A DNA stretch of 64,000 bases. It comes from Antedon mediterranea (taxonomy: Eukaryota > Animalia > Echinodermata). The notes below the pieces were generated by a model that saw nothing but the letters and a program-made list of their open reading frames with translations, made no database searches and was not told the origin of the DNA. The position numbers were made by a program, and so were the translations under genes. Below are positions 24,901 through 36,900 of this stretch, piece by piece; the stretch's first letter is position 1; each line of letters opens with the position of its first letter. Where the stretch lies: NCBI RefSeq assembly GCF_964355755.1, contig NC_092678.1, positions 5,534,422-5,598,421 of the forward strand, given 5' to 3'.

Positions 24901-27900
24901 TAGTTTGTCATCTCCCGCTCTTCCACTAAAATACGAATTCTCCTGATACTACTAGGCTTTTTCAGCATTTGGTATATTCACATACTACTATTATACTATT
25001 TATAGCACTCTCAATAGTTTGGATATGTTTTCATAAAACGATATTTCACTTTTACAAGTTTGGAAGTTTACTTTCAAGAAAATCAAACGTGAAAAATATT
25101 GTGAATGGTCAAATAAACTACTTTTATAAAAGTTATAGTGATAATAATATAAAATAATATATATAATATAATATATATAATATATAATTAAATTTTGAAC
25201 AAAAAAAGTTTTATATATATTTTTTTACTCATTTTTCTTTTATAGACTGAAAAAAAACAGATAAGGAAATTACTAAAGACATTTAGGCGTAATAAAACTG
25301 ATGATGAAAATGACAAAGATATAAAAGATACAAAAGCATCTACAAGCAATGTTGAAGTTAAGGTATCCACTGTAAGTTTGGCCATTTTTCAAAAACATCT
25401 TTGTGTTTTTAGTGAGAACTACCAGGCTCATACAACTGTCTTCCCTTTGTGTCATACACCTGCCACCAAACAACATCCTTTTGCCTGCTCGAAAGAGAAA
25501 CTGGGTTCTTTAAAGTACAGACGTGCCAGAATGTATACACTGGACCTGAAGTCCTTATCCGAGAAGACTTGTTCTACCATCAGAACAATGGTTGAGGAGT
25601 GCCTTGAACATGTGCCATTTTATAGCTATGGTTTGCAACCCTGCCGTGAATGTCAGTCAATTTAGTCCTGTCTTGGTCAAGTGATGTAATATTAATTGTG
25701 TTCATTTTTCAATTTATTTTCATTCTCCTTCAGCGTGCGGGACCACCTTCTGCTTGTGATGAACAAATGCAAGGATATATGCGTAAGATGGCGCGTGCAC
25801 GCATGCTTTATCATTACATCTGGTATTTGGTGTACGCCCATCCGCTGCGATCAAAGTCAAACATCCTCAGCATTGACGATCTCGGATTGAAGAATACTCG
25901 CACTTGGACCAGAAAAAATAAACGAGAAAAACATTGCCGTGATGTAATTGAGAATTTTAATAAAGTATCGCCAGAATCGAATGAGATCGGTGAGCTTATG
26001 GCAATGGTGACAGAATCTTCTAAAGACTTGGAAGAGATTACAACATCTTCACAAATACTTGGTAGTTTGTGGGGTGATGCACCAAAAGTGTACAATGAGG
26101 AGACCTCAAAAGAGACGATGTGGAAAAAGTTTCTTCCACCGCTGCCACGTTACAACAAGTGTGCTGAAGGCTGGTTCTACGTTACTGACTTGATTATGAT
26201 TATGCCTCTTAGTATATTCTGCAACTTGATTATGCTCGCTGTCAAGGTATGATTTCTTTTATGTCTGGTTCCCACTAGTGACACAATGCAAGGACGTAAA
26301 CAAAATTTGACTAATTACTTTATGAAACGGAGTCGACTACATAGTCATAATACACACAATTTAAATGATTATCTTTTACCTAAATTGGTCAAATAAAATG
26401 ATATTTGTACGTGCTTGTGTTGCATCATAATGGGAAATAAGCTTTAAAATTAAATCTACTGCACAGAAACAGCAAGGTTATTCATTTAGCTGTACACGTT
26501 TTTGATATCTTTACATGCATACTGTATATCTGTGTATATCTTCTTGTGTGCTGTATTCTCAGTACCTTTACGATGTAGAGCTCAGTTGGAACTTGACCCA
26601 AAACCTCCAGATCATTAGCCTAGCGTTCATACTTCTAGGCTACCATTGATGTCAAGAACTATCTTTGAATATTGCCATGTTTGGTGAAAATTACATTATA
26701 CTTCGTAATAATAACTATATTGTATACATGTAAACTATATTCTAGGTACCTATATGTTTTATTGCAATTGTTAGGGCAGTTTGTGTTTCCCATCTACTTC
26801 AATAAGGATGATATATATTACACACTTGTAATATGGTGTATTATTTACAATCAATATTATTGTAGATGGTATCAAAACGCCTGGAATTGTACTGGTCTTA
26901 CCTTTTAATTATTTCTGTCTTTCAGATCCCTAACCTTCAGGAATATCTGAATGATCCAATCAAAAAGCATATGCCATTGATGTTTCTGCCAGAAACTCTA
27001 CAACAACAGTTGTGTTACGGTCGCAAGTATATTCACTCAATCCACACTGGTCTTCAAAGATTGTGTCAGATGGGTTTGCTGACATTTGGCCCTTTTTATA
27101 GTTTCTTTGACAAGGATCAGGTATGCAAAATAAATACAGTGGAACCTGTATAAAGGAGACACCTTTAGGACCCCAAAAATATCCACTTAATAGGGTATCC
27201 TCTAAATAAGATTGCTTGAAGTATAAAAACATATATTAGGGAGGTTTCGCAACCTTACGAATACAATAACGAAAACGGATACGTCACACATTTGTGAAAC
27301 TTTTGAGCTGATCCCCATTTCATATTCGTAAAGCGTATTCGTGTTGACGAATATCACCTGTCATATTCGTAACTACAAAACGAGTATAGTTTTTGATCTA
27401 TTTTGCACATTTTGCATTTGAATCAGGAATGATTCATGATTATAATATAATTATAGATTTATTGAAAGTAATTTACTAAAGTAATTTACTAAAATGCCAG
27501 GTCAATTTTGATAAATAGCAGTTTTTAAAGTCCTCACTCGCTTTGATGTTACGCTAGGCCTAGGCAGCCAAGCACTAAGCAACACGTACCTGCGCTTCGC
27601 TCAAATTTACCGCAGTCATATTTTGGACGGCGACCTCAATATTTCGTTGCCATGCGATACAGATTTTTACTGGCTTACGAAAACGAATACGTGTGCGTGA
27701 CGTATCCGTTTTCGTTATCGTATTCGTAAGATTGCGAAACCTCTCTATTGACCCTCAGGGAAATTGTCCCCTTAAAGGGTAGCTCCGGGTTTGTAGGAAA
27801 TTGTCCCCTTAAAGGGTAGCTCCGGATTCCAAGGGAATTTTCCCCTTAAAGAGTAGCTCCGGAGTTCAAAGAAAATTTTCCCATTAAAGGGTAGCTCTGG

Positions 27901-30900
27901 GGTTCACAGGAAATTGTCCCCTTAACTGGTAGCTTCGGGGTTCGCAGGAAATTGTCCCTTAAAGCGTAGCTCCGGGTTCGCAGGAAATTGTCCCTTAAAG
28001 CGTAGCTTCGGGTTCAGAGGAAATTGTTACCTTAAAGCGTAACTCCAGGTTCGCATGAAATTGTCCCCATAAAGGGTAGCTCCGGGTTCGTAGGAAATTG
28101 TCCCTTAAAGGGTAGCTTCGGGGTTCATAGGAAATTGTTACCTTAAAGCGTAACTCCAGGTTCGCATGAAATTGTCCCTTAAAGGGTAGCTTCGGGTTCA
28201 TAGGAAATTGACTTCTTAAAGCGTAGCTTCGGGTTTGCAGGAAATTGTCCCTTAAAGGGTAGCTCCAGGTTCGCATGAAATTGTCCCTTAAAGGGTAGCT
28301 CCGGGTTCATAGGAAATTGTTACCTTAAAGGATAACTCCAGGTTCGCATGAAATTGTCCCCATAAAGGGTAGCTCCGGGTTCGCAGGAAATTGTCCCTTA
28401 AAGGGTAGCTTCGGGGTTCATAGGAAATTGTTACCTTAAAGCGTAACTCCAGGTTCGCATGAAATTGTCCCTTAAAGGGTAGCTTCGGGTTCATAGGAAA
28501 TTGACTTCTTAAAGCGTAGCTTCGGGTTTGCAGGAAATTGTCCCTTAAAGGGTAGCTCCAGGTTCGCATGAAATTGTCCCTTAAAGCGTAGCTCCGGGTT
28601 CGCATGAAATTGTCCCTTAAAGGGTAACTCAGGTTCGCATGAAATTGTCCCCATAAAGGGTAGCTCCGGGTTCGCAGGAAATTGTCCCTTAAAGGGTAGC
28701 TTCGGGGTTCATAGGAAATTGTCCCTTAAAGGGTAGCTCCAGGTTCGCATGAAATTGTCCCTTAAAGGGTAGCTTCGGGTTCATAGGAAATTGTCCCTTA
28801 AAGGGTAGCTCCAGGTTCGCATGAAATTGTCCCTTAAAGGGTAGCTTCGGGTTCATAGGAAATTGTCCCTTAAAGGGTAGCTCCGGGTTCGCATGAAATT
28901 GTCCCCGTAAAGGGTAGCTCAGGGGTTTATGGGTAATTGAACTTTCTTGATTTATCTCTATTGATATATAATAGGTCTTTTGTTATCTACATCAAAAAGC
29001 ATCAATAGTAAACACCACAACGTGTGAAAAGCACTATAATGAGGTAAACCCAGGCACCTACCAAACTGATCATTACTTACTTGACAATGAACAAACTGTT
29101 GTTCAGTTCTTCCAACATCTCCAAGTCATCTGTCTGAACACACCTTTAGGTAAGTAGTTCTAACATTTCTTGGTCATCTGTCTGAACATACCTTTGGGTA
29201 TTAAAGTTTATCTTTTGAAACACACCATTGAGTTTTAAAGCAGTTTCAACATCTCCAAGTTATCTGTCTGAACACACCTTTAGGAAAGTACTTCCAACAA
29301 CTCATAAGTCACAATAAAATATCTGTCTGAACACACCTGTTAGTACCATTCTCCCAATTTGTTTTCCAGAAACTGAGTCAGATATCATATTATCACACAA
29401 CCAATAATAATAATAATAATAAACAATATTTATATAGCGCCTAATGGTATATTTTGATAAATGTTTAGATAATATTTCTCAGCAAGAGTGATGAGAAAAA
29501 ACTTGAGTAATTTGTTGTTGATAACACTTTTTTAGGGGTAACACGTCGAATTGGGGGCAAGTCGGAGGATAAAATGATGAAAGAGATAGTGTCCGTAAAA
29601 GACATATCAGTAAAGCCTGCGGACATCGGCAGGATTCCTGGTAATGGAAGGGGAGCGGCTGGCTTGGATTCAAGTATATATACGTATGTACAATGGGTTA
29701 CCTGATTCTCTGTACAACTGTATGTCCACATTATGACACAATTTGTCCACTATCATATCATTTTGTTTGTTTGGTTGCATGTATTTTTTATGTTTTATCT
29801 GTCAAATATGTTTTATGAAAAATTGAATCATATATTATATGTTGTGCCTGTGTATCATACGCTATAATACAGCCTGTATCATACGCCATAATACAGCATG
29901 TATCATACGCCATATACAGCCTTTATCATACCCAATAATACAGCCTGTATCATACCCAATAATACAGCCTGTATCATACGCCATAATACAGCCTGTATCA
30001 TACGCCATAATACAGCCTGTATCATACGCCGTAATACAGCCTTTATCATACGCCATAATACAGCCTGTATCATACGCCATAATACAGCATGTATCATACG
30101 CCATATACAGCCTGTATCATACCCAATAATACAGCCTGTATCATACCCAATAATACAGCCTGTATCATACGCCATAATACAGCCTGTATCATACGCCATA
30201 ATACAGCCTGTATCATACGCCGTAATACAGCCTTTATCATACGCCATAATACAGCCTGTATTATACGCCATAATACAGCCTTTATCATACGCCATAATAC
30301 AGCCTTTATCATACGCCATAATACATTCTTTATCATACGCCATAATACAGCCTGTATCATACGCCATAATACAGCCTGTATCATACGCCATAATACAGCC
30401 TGTATCATACGCCATCTTCCAGCCTTTATCATACGCCATAATACAAGCAAAACATGTGATAAATATGTGATACTGTATTACAGAATTTGTCTATGGTACA
30501 AAAAATTGAAATATTTTTGACATGATTCCTAAATGTCTCTGCTGTTACTTCAGTTCAGTAATATAATAATTAATGAATTATGTTTTTGTTTGTTTTTCAG
30601 ACACCTTAGAATGAATTGGAATCGACCAGCCCCGGGGCAAAGTAGTAAATATAAATATAGACAAAGGAAACAAAAAGACATTATTAAAACAATTAAAAAA
30701 CATCAAGGTAAAAATACCAGCATACAATTGATTGCATTTATCACTATCAAATTGGTTATTGTGATTTTGTCTTGTTTGTACAGGTCCTCCCATGACGGCG
30801 AAGATGGGAAAATATTTTCTGTCTTCGACTTGGATATATTCACAACTTTACTTTTTAGGAATTACAATAACCTTACTTTACTAATGTTTTAAAATGTTTA

Positions 30901-33900
30901 AATCTATCTTCATATAGCAAAAAAAGCCAGTTTGAAGGGAGTAAGTATCGTTAGTGAACTCCACAAAGCTCGTAACGAAAAATATAAAGGAGGGCGTGGT
31001 CTTAAACGACCGAGACTAATATCAGAAATAATGCCCAAGAAGAAGCCAGTTAAAAGGGTTCGTGTAACAGAAAAGCCACCCGTTAGCATTGGCCCGACTA
31101 CAAGAATGATTTTAAAAAGATCTCGATTTGATTGGACGGAGGAAGAGGATAATATGGTATGTTAAATCAAGAAATAAGGTTAATTAATAAAAGTTTCACT
31201 AAGCAAAAGGTTATCCCTTCAATTTTGGCCAAAGAATGTGTTATTAAGCCTTGTCTACACTATCAAACTTTATGTGACAAAAAATTGTGTCTTGTGTATC
31301 TCAAAGTGACGAGTTCAAATCTAGTTAAGTATGATTTGAAATGACATAATTTGATGTTTACTGTATAATTTTTTTATTAACTATGTACTCCATTTATTGT
31401 ACATTGCAAAATACTATTTTCTATATTATTAAGCTACAAAAAGTAATATTTAACCCTTTTTTTGTTGTAGATGATGGTTTTTAATATTGCAAATTTGTTA
31501 CTCGCTAAAAGAAGAAGTCTTTTCTTCATTTCTTGGGGTCATCGCCATGACTTATTAATGAAGAGCTTTCCGGTAAGTGTTTCAGGGAATCACCATTCCT
31601 GGTTTGGGAATTTCTATTCCTGGATTAAGAATTTCTATTCCTGATTGAGGAATTTCTATTCCTGGTTTGGAAATTTCTATTCCTTGTTTGGGAATTTCTA
31701 TTTCTGGTTTGGGAATTTCTATTTCTGGTTTGGGAATTTCTATTCCTGGTTTGGAAATTTCTATTCCTGATTTAGGAATTTCTATTCCTGGTTTTGAAAT
31801 TTCTATTCATGATTTAGGAATTTCTATTTCTGGTTTGGAATTTTCTATTCCTGGTTTAAGAATTAATATTCCTTGTTTGGAAACTTCCACTTTCTCCCTT
31901 TTTTCCTAGAACTTATTTTCACAGCGTTTCAAGACAATTTTACACTGTATAAATTAATAACCTTAACTCATGATGTCTATTTATTTTTTGTCAGGAATCA
32001 AAAAGTAAATCTAAGAACGCTTTGATGAGGAGATCTGCAGCACTTGTAAAGTGTCCACCTTTTCGTACACAGCTCGCAATGCACTTGTCCATTCTACAGA
32101 AGGACCATGTATGACACAGTATTTTTATTTAGACATTTTTATTTATCTTTTTAAATTAACAATACTGTTATGCACTTGTCAATTGTATGACCCACTATAT
32201 GACCCTCGGGAGAGGTGCGTCATGGATGCGTCATTTACAAACAATCATTGATGCAGGGGTGCATTAAAAAACCTAAATGGTATGTCACATCAAAGTCTGA
32301 TGGTGTTTAAATGTCCATCACTTTACCACCCACCATATCATGACAAACACATGGTCACAATGTATCAAAATGGGTGCATCATGGTCACCTAAAGGTCACG
32401 TTTTTTAAGGATGGCGTCATCGTATTCATATATGACGAACATCAAACAAATGATTCAGAGAGCTCCTGAGGGTCGCATAGTGAGTCATACAATTGACAAG
32501 AGTTATCCATTTGGTTAGCAAAATTTGTGCACAACATTTAGTAAAATATTTTTATGAATGTTGACTACGAAATTACATGATATTTCTAGTTCCCATTACC
32601 CTTTATTTTATGGTTTTTTTTTATGAAAATAGAATTTGGTTACCTCATTAATGTTCCTACTGTACATAAAAATTGTTTGTTGATTTAATAGTTTAAATTT
32701 TTATCAGATTATTCTTGAAACTTTAAAAAGGGAAGTTAACAGTGACATCCAAGAAGATTGTGAGAATGAGTATAATGATATGGTGGAATTGGTGACAGAA
32801 AGATTAAGGTAAGAAATGATAATGTAACATAGACAAGTTCCATGATACAGGCTCACATGTTTGTCACATGTGAATCTATGTAATTAGATCTACACCTGAC
32901 ACTACCGCTCTCTATTGTCCACCCTCCCCCCCTCTCCCTGAAGTCTATAGCGATCATTTGTAGTTGCTGCACCCAAGTTGTGCCAAAAAAAAGTGATGTG
33001 CCCATATATGGACATGATGATGTCATATCACTACCATATTTCGGTATATCATTACTATATTTGGGCACATCACACTTTTCAGAGCTTAAGTACCAACTTT
33101 GTAAATTAATTCTAGTCTTTTTAAATATTCATATACAGAGTGTGTTCACAGGATATTGGACAAATTTCATTTACATCAGACAAATTTCATGAAGAGAATG
33201 AGATTTTAACCGTTTCTGACGTTCTGTATCAACTTCCCAAATACAAGATTCCCCAGCAAACACAGTGGAAGACAACAGACGAAAAAGAAATAAAAAAACT
33301 GGTTGTACGACAAGCTGTAATGGTAAATTACGGACCATGTCAAAATTATTCTACTGCAGTTACTGCATTAACAATATTTTATATCAATTAAACTTAAAGC
33401 TCTGTCTACACTATCAAACCTATTTGACAAAAAAATGTGATGTGCCCATATATTTCCATGATGATGTCATATCACTACCATATTTAAGCATCACTACCAT
33501 ATTTGGGCAAATCACACTTTTTTTGTTACATAAAGTTTGATAGTGCAGACAGAGCTTTACTCTTTAAAACAAATTAACACAAAATGTACATATATCAAAA
33601 AAATGTATTTATCTTTTCTGATAGGCTAGCTTCTTCCTGATTGATAGACCAACACTGTTTAATCCCAGCCAAGCATTCTTTGTTTTCAATCAGTTTCCGG
33701 ACGACCTCCTTGCAAGGGTGGTTGACGTTTTAAAAGATGCCTACTTAACTACCAGAAATGTAAGATCTTTCAATTTGCCTTTTGAGAAAATTAGAACAGT
33801 ACGTAGAGGGGAACTTTGAGAATGCATATCTGCCTATATTAAAATTTTCTACATAAAAAATTGTGTATATATAGTATATTATTGTGCCTATCTATTAGGC

Positions 33901-36900
33901 ATTTGGTTGCTTCCTATTGTTTCTAATCCTGATGACTCTCTGTTTTTTAATATATTAGATATAATGATTTTTTTTTTAATATGGTAGGTGTTTCTGTTGT
34001 CGGGCAATTGGAGGGGTTTCAACCCTGATCGTTGACCCTTTCTCTTTAAAGTTGAACTATGCCAAAAAAACAAAAGATTTGGATAAAATTGTCACCTGTC
34101 GGCAATCTTTAAAATCAACTTCAAACTCAAGATCAGATTATTGAGACTATCATTGTAAAACGTTTTAAATTTTTTTCATCAGCGTTTTCGTCATAGAATC
34201 CGAAGAGCATTACCGTGTACGGCTATGTCTCTTCAAGTTTCTACAAACTGTAGAAAAATATTCAACAGTACTATATCAACTGATATCTTTAAAGAGATGT
34301 ATGAATATATGCAAAGTCTGGACGAGGAGCAATATGGTAAACATACATACCTTTATTATTTAATTGTTCATGGTATAACACTACAGTCTACCTCTATTGA
34401 GGGGACACTCCTATTAAGGGGTCACTTTCCGGTAAAACAAACAAGGAGATATACTGTATATGTTATATACACTACTGTAATTAACCCACTGCTGTGAAAA
34501 GCATTTTCTCTCTCTGTTGACATTCTCAAATTTGTTATCACTTGCCTTCATCTTCTAGGTGCATGCATGTCTTTGTCCTGTCCATACTCATACAAATAAA
34601 TTAACTTTGAATACTATATTTTACCCACAGATTCAAATGCATCTTCTTTAGTACCCGTCAACACCACGTGTGGGCAAGTAGCATGTTTTCTCTCCATGAT
34701 GTTCTCTGATTTGGTAAGTAGAGGTGTGGCAGCGGGGAAAGGTGCCTAGAGTGAGATTCTCAATAAAAGTTAAATGATAAACAAAAAATAAGTTGAATGT
34801 GGGATTGAAAGATTGACTGGTTTATTTGATGAGGCAAAGTCAAGTCATGTAGATTACCACAGGGACTCAGCCTTAAAGCCGCTTTTGGCTTATTTGAGTA
34901 TCAACACAGAACTTGTCAAACTTATATATAATTTATTATATGAAAGTGTATTCAAAAGTGCATCATTCACCAGTCTTGTGCTCCGCACAAAGAGCTGAAC
35001 ACACAATAAGTGTTCAATGGGAGAAATGATGCACAATAAATAGCTTAGTTTAAGCTGTATTTTATAGATCTGAATTTCAAAATGATGCTAATACATATTT
35101 TTTAAATTGTAGGTTGATTATAATATTCAAATGCCAGATCAGGTCATATTACTAGATAATTCATTAATCAACAAAAGTATTCTTGAAAGAACAGCAAAGT
35201 TGATGAGAAACGTGCATGATTCAGAAGATGAAGATGAGGAGAATGAGGAGGCACAGCAATCTGGTAACCAATCGACCTCTGACCCTTCGATATATCCACT
35301 GTACAAGCGCATTACCTGTATACAGAAAATCAGTCATGCGCTGGAAGCGAAAGGAAACGAAAAAATGGATGCAGAAGAGCCAGAAGCGGATGTACAACAG
35401 AATTACCAAGCGGCTGCAGATTTTGTCAGCAATGAGCATAGTTACACTCAACTTATGCCATCCATTGAGGAGAAGGTGCCGCCAGCAGAAACACCAGTTA
35501 CAGCACCAAATAACCCTGTGCCAACAGAGAAGGAAGCTAGAATGGCAAAACAACAAGATTCTAAAGTTTACACCACCAGAACAGATTGGTTCCTTCTTCA
35601 AGGATTAGGAGACGATGGACTTACGGAGGAGACCAATGGAATGCTGGACACTATCATGTTAAAGCCTTGCAAGACTGACATCAAGGTATGCCAATCACTG
35701 AAAGAGAACATACACCGCTTCAATGGTAAGACAGCATTGTCACCATATGATCTCCACCAGATGTTTGAAAAGTCTGATGATCTGCTTCTGCATACTTTGA
35801 GGCAGGATTTTTTAGGTTTCACCAACCAATGTGATATCAAAAGTGAATGGAGCCCTCTGGAACATTTCGATGACACAAAGTTTATCCCAATACCACTAAT
35901 GAAGAAGACATCTATGGATAATATGTGAGTAAAAAAACACATTTTACTCTATATATCCATATTGTGCATATTTCTAAAAAATGGTGTTTATCGATTCATT
36001 TTAGGAATATTTTGTCTGATTTATCAGATTCTAGGAAAATTAACTAAAAACAATAATTTAAAAGTAAAAGGAAACAGTATTTTCATACTTTTAGAGAGTA
36101 ATATGGCACAACGGTAGGGAATCGGGACTGTCATGTGAGAGGCTTGGGTTCAAGACTGTCTGACGAATATGGCTTGGTTTTGTTTAGGCGAGATGCTTCA
36201 ATCTTATGCAAATTCTGTGTCACTGTTTTACAGAATTTGCCAATAATGCTAGAAAAATTGTAGTAGTTACTGTTGCAGTTACCTGTAGTAATTAATAGCC
36301 TTTTTTTTTTATAGAATTCCTACATTAGGTGATGAGGAGTTGATATTATTCAATTTGATTTCTGACAAGCAACATCTTGGACTAATGGCATCTGAAATAC
36401 TGGCATCAAATAGTCATCTATCAGTTAATATTCTGATTGAAAACCTGCATAACCTCATAAAGAAGAAGTTGGTATGTTACAACTGACTGTAAAATAAGAG
36501 ACCATGCAGCATTCTCAATAACACTGGTCCGCCGGCCAATGGCCAGTTAAATGCGTGGTGGGCCAGTTAAATGCGTGGTGGACCAGTTAAATGCGTGGTG
36601 GACCAGTTAAATAGTCAGATAACAAGTCTGCTTAGCCAATAAGTTAATTAAAAGCCTCCCTTATAGGCCCACATTCTGTGACCAGTAAAAGTGTAGAACC
36701 AGTAAAAATGTAATTTTACTTCTTTTCTAGTTAAAAAAACTTTAAGGGAGATCCCTGCCATGTCAAAATGATGCTACTGCAATTATAGAGTAGTTGTTCA
36801 ATTTAATGCATACAGTTATTTTAATGTTTTGCTAAAATATTTTTTCTATAGATTTTCAGAGTTGGTTTAGATGTCCACCGCTATGTTGCTGTGAATTATT

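Noticed and set aside
27758-28930. 36-38-bp repeats as a CRISPR array or as repeat-protein ORFs (27995-28654)
   Set aside because: This is a contiguous tandem satellite without spacers; the ORFs are translations of the repeat within an intron.
29839-30520. Several long repetitive ORFs on both strands
   Set aside because: By-products of a 24-bp (8-codon) minisatellite that lacks stops in several frames.
35216-35942. Overlapping alternative-frame and antisense ORFs over a large GTF3C1 exon (also at 9259, 25814, 37223, 43058, 62062)
   Set aside because: Shadow ORFs of real coding exons with no independent protein features.
36100-36165. tRNA gene
   Set aside because: Only degenerate A/B-box similarity, and the acceptor and anticodon stems do not pair; at most a SINE head.
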